In this document: positions 55,056-55,087 of the stretch, one piece after another
Numbering within the stretch: position 1 is the first letter of the stretch
Layout: the number at the start of each line of letters is the position of its first letter
From: Candidatus Thorarchaeota archaeon
GTDB lineage: Archaea > Asgardarchaeota > Thorarchaeia > Thorarchaeales > Thorarchaeaceae
NCBI GenBank assembly: GCA_046482545.1
Contig: JAWOEX010000002.1
Location: 1 to 55,087, forward strand
Length of the DNA stretch: 55,087 nt
Direction of reading: 5' to 3'
The notes under the pieces: model-generated
What the model was told of the DNA's origin: nothing
The model's database searches: none
What the model saw: the letters and a program-made list of their open reading frames with translations, nothing else
Program-made: the position numbers and the translations under genes

Positions 55056-55087
55056 ATGCTGAGGATGGAGGTACTGCTTTTCTGAGG
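55056..55087 (+). repeat. Palindromic repeat, copy J (left arm, cut by window end)
   Basis: ATGCTGAGGATGGAGGTACTGCTTTTCTGAGG, nearly identical to copy H start. Confidence 0.9.

Noticed and set aside
31835-55087. CRISPR array interpretation of the recurring repeat
   Set aside because: Unit is about 105 bp, degenerate, and separated by up to 7 kb of genes; no cas genes.
31835-55087. Canonical integron attC sites
   Set aside because: No RYYYAAC...GTTRRRY terminal boxes seen on either strand and no intI in the window; reported only as integron-like.

Overview
Archaeal chromosomal window. L38e, L40e, SepF, Nip7 and PAC2, plus the style of the membrane proteins, suggest an Asgard archaeon, possibly Thorarchaeia (inference). 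It has two sharply different halves. Positions 1-31.7 kb are conserved housekeeping genes: sucCD, rpl40e-tRNA-Val-rpl38e, aCPSF2, alba, NusA paralog, truD, pth2, GGR, pus10-rpl21e-rpo4-DUF655-rsmA-hemK2, FKBP, psmB-aCPSF1, sepF, PUA, Lsm-rpl37e. This half also holds a catalytically dead transglutaminase-like surface protein, a Hel308/Ski2-like pseudo-helicase with an inserted SWIM finger, and a second wHTH-fused Ski2-like helicase. Positions 31.8 kb to the end are an accessory region punctuated by about 11 whole or partial copies of one ~105-bp imperfect-palindromic intergenic repeat, all in the same orientation. These copies delimit modules: duplicated VapBC pairs, MNT-HEPN, oligopeptidase B, an amidohydrolase, a copper-resistance island with its own repeated operator, and surface proteins and gene remnants. 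The layout resembles an integron-like cassette array, but the repeat lacks the canonical attC core and no recombinase is in the window. This is the best candidate for an undescribed system. All alignments were done by eye.
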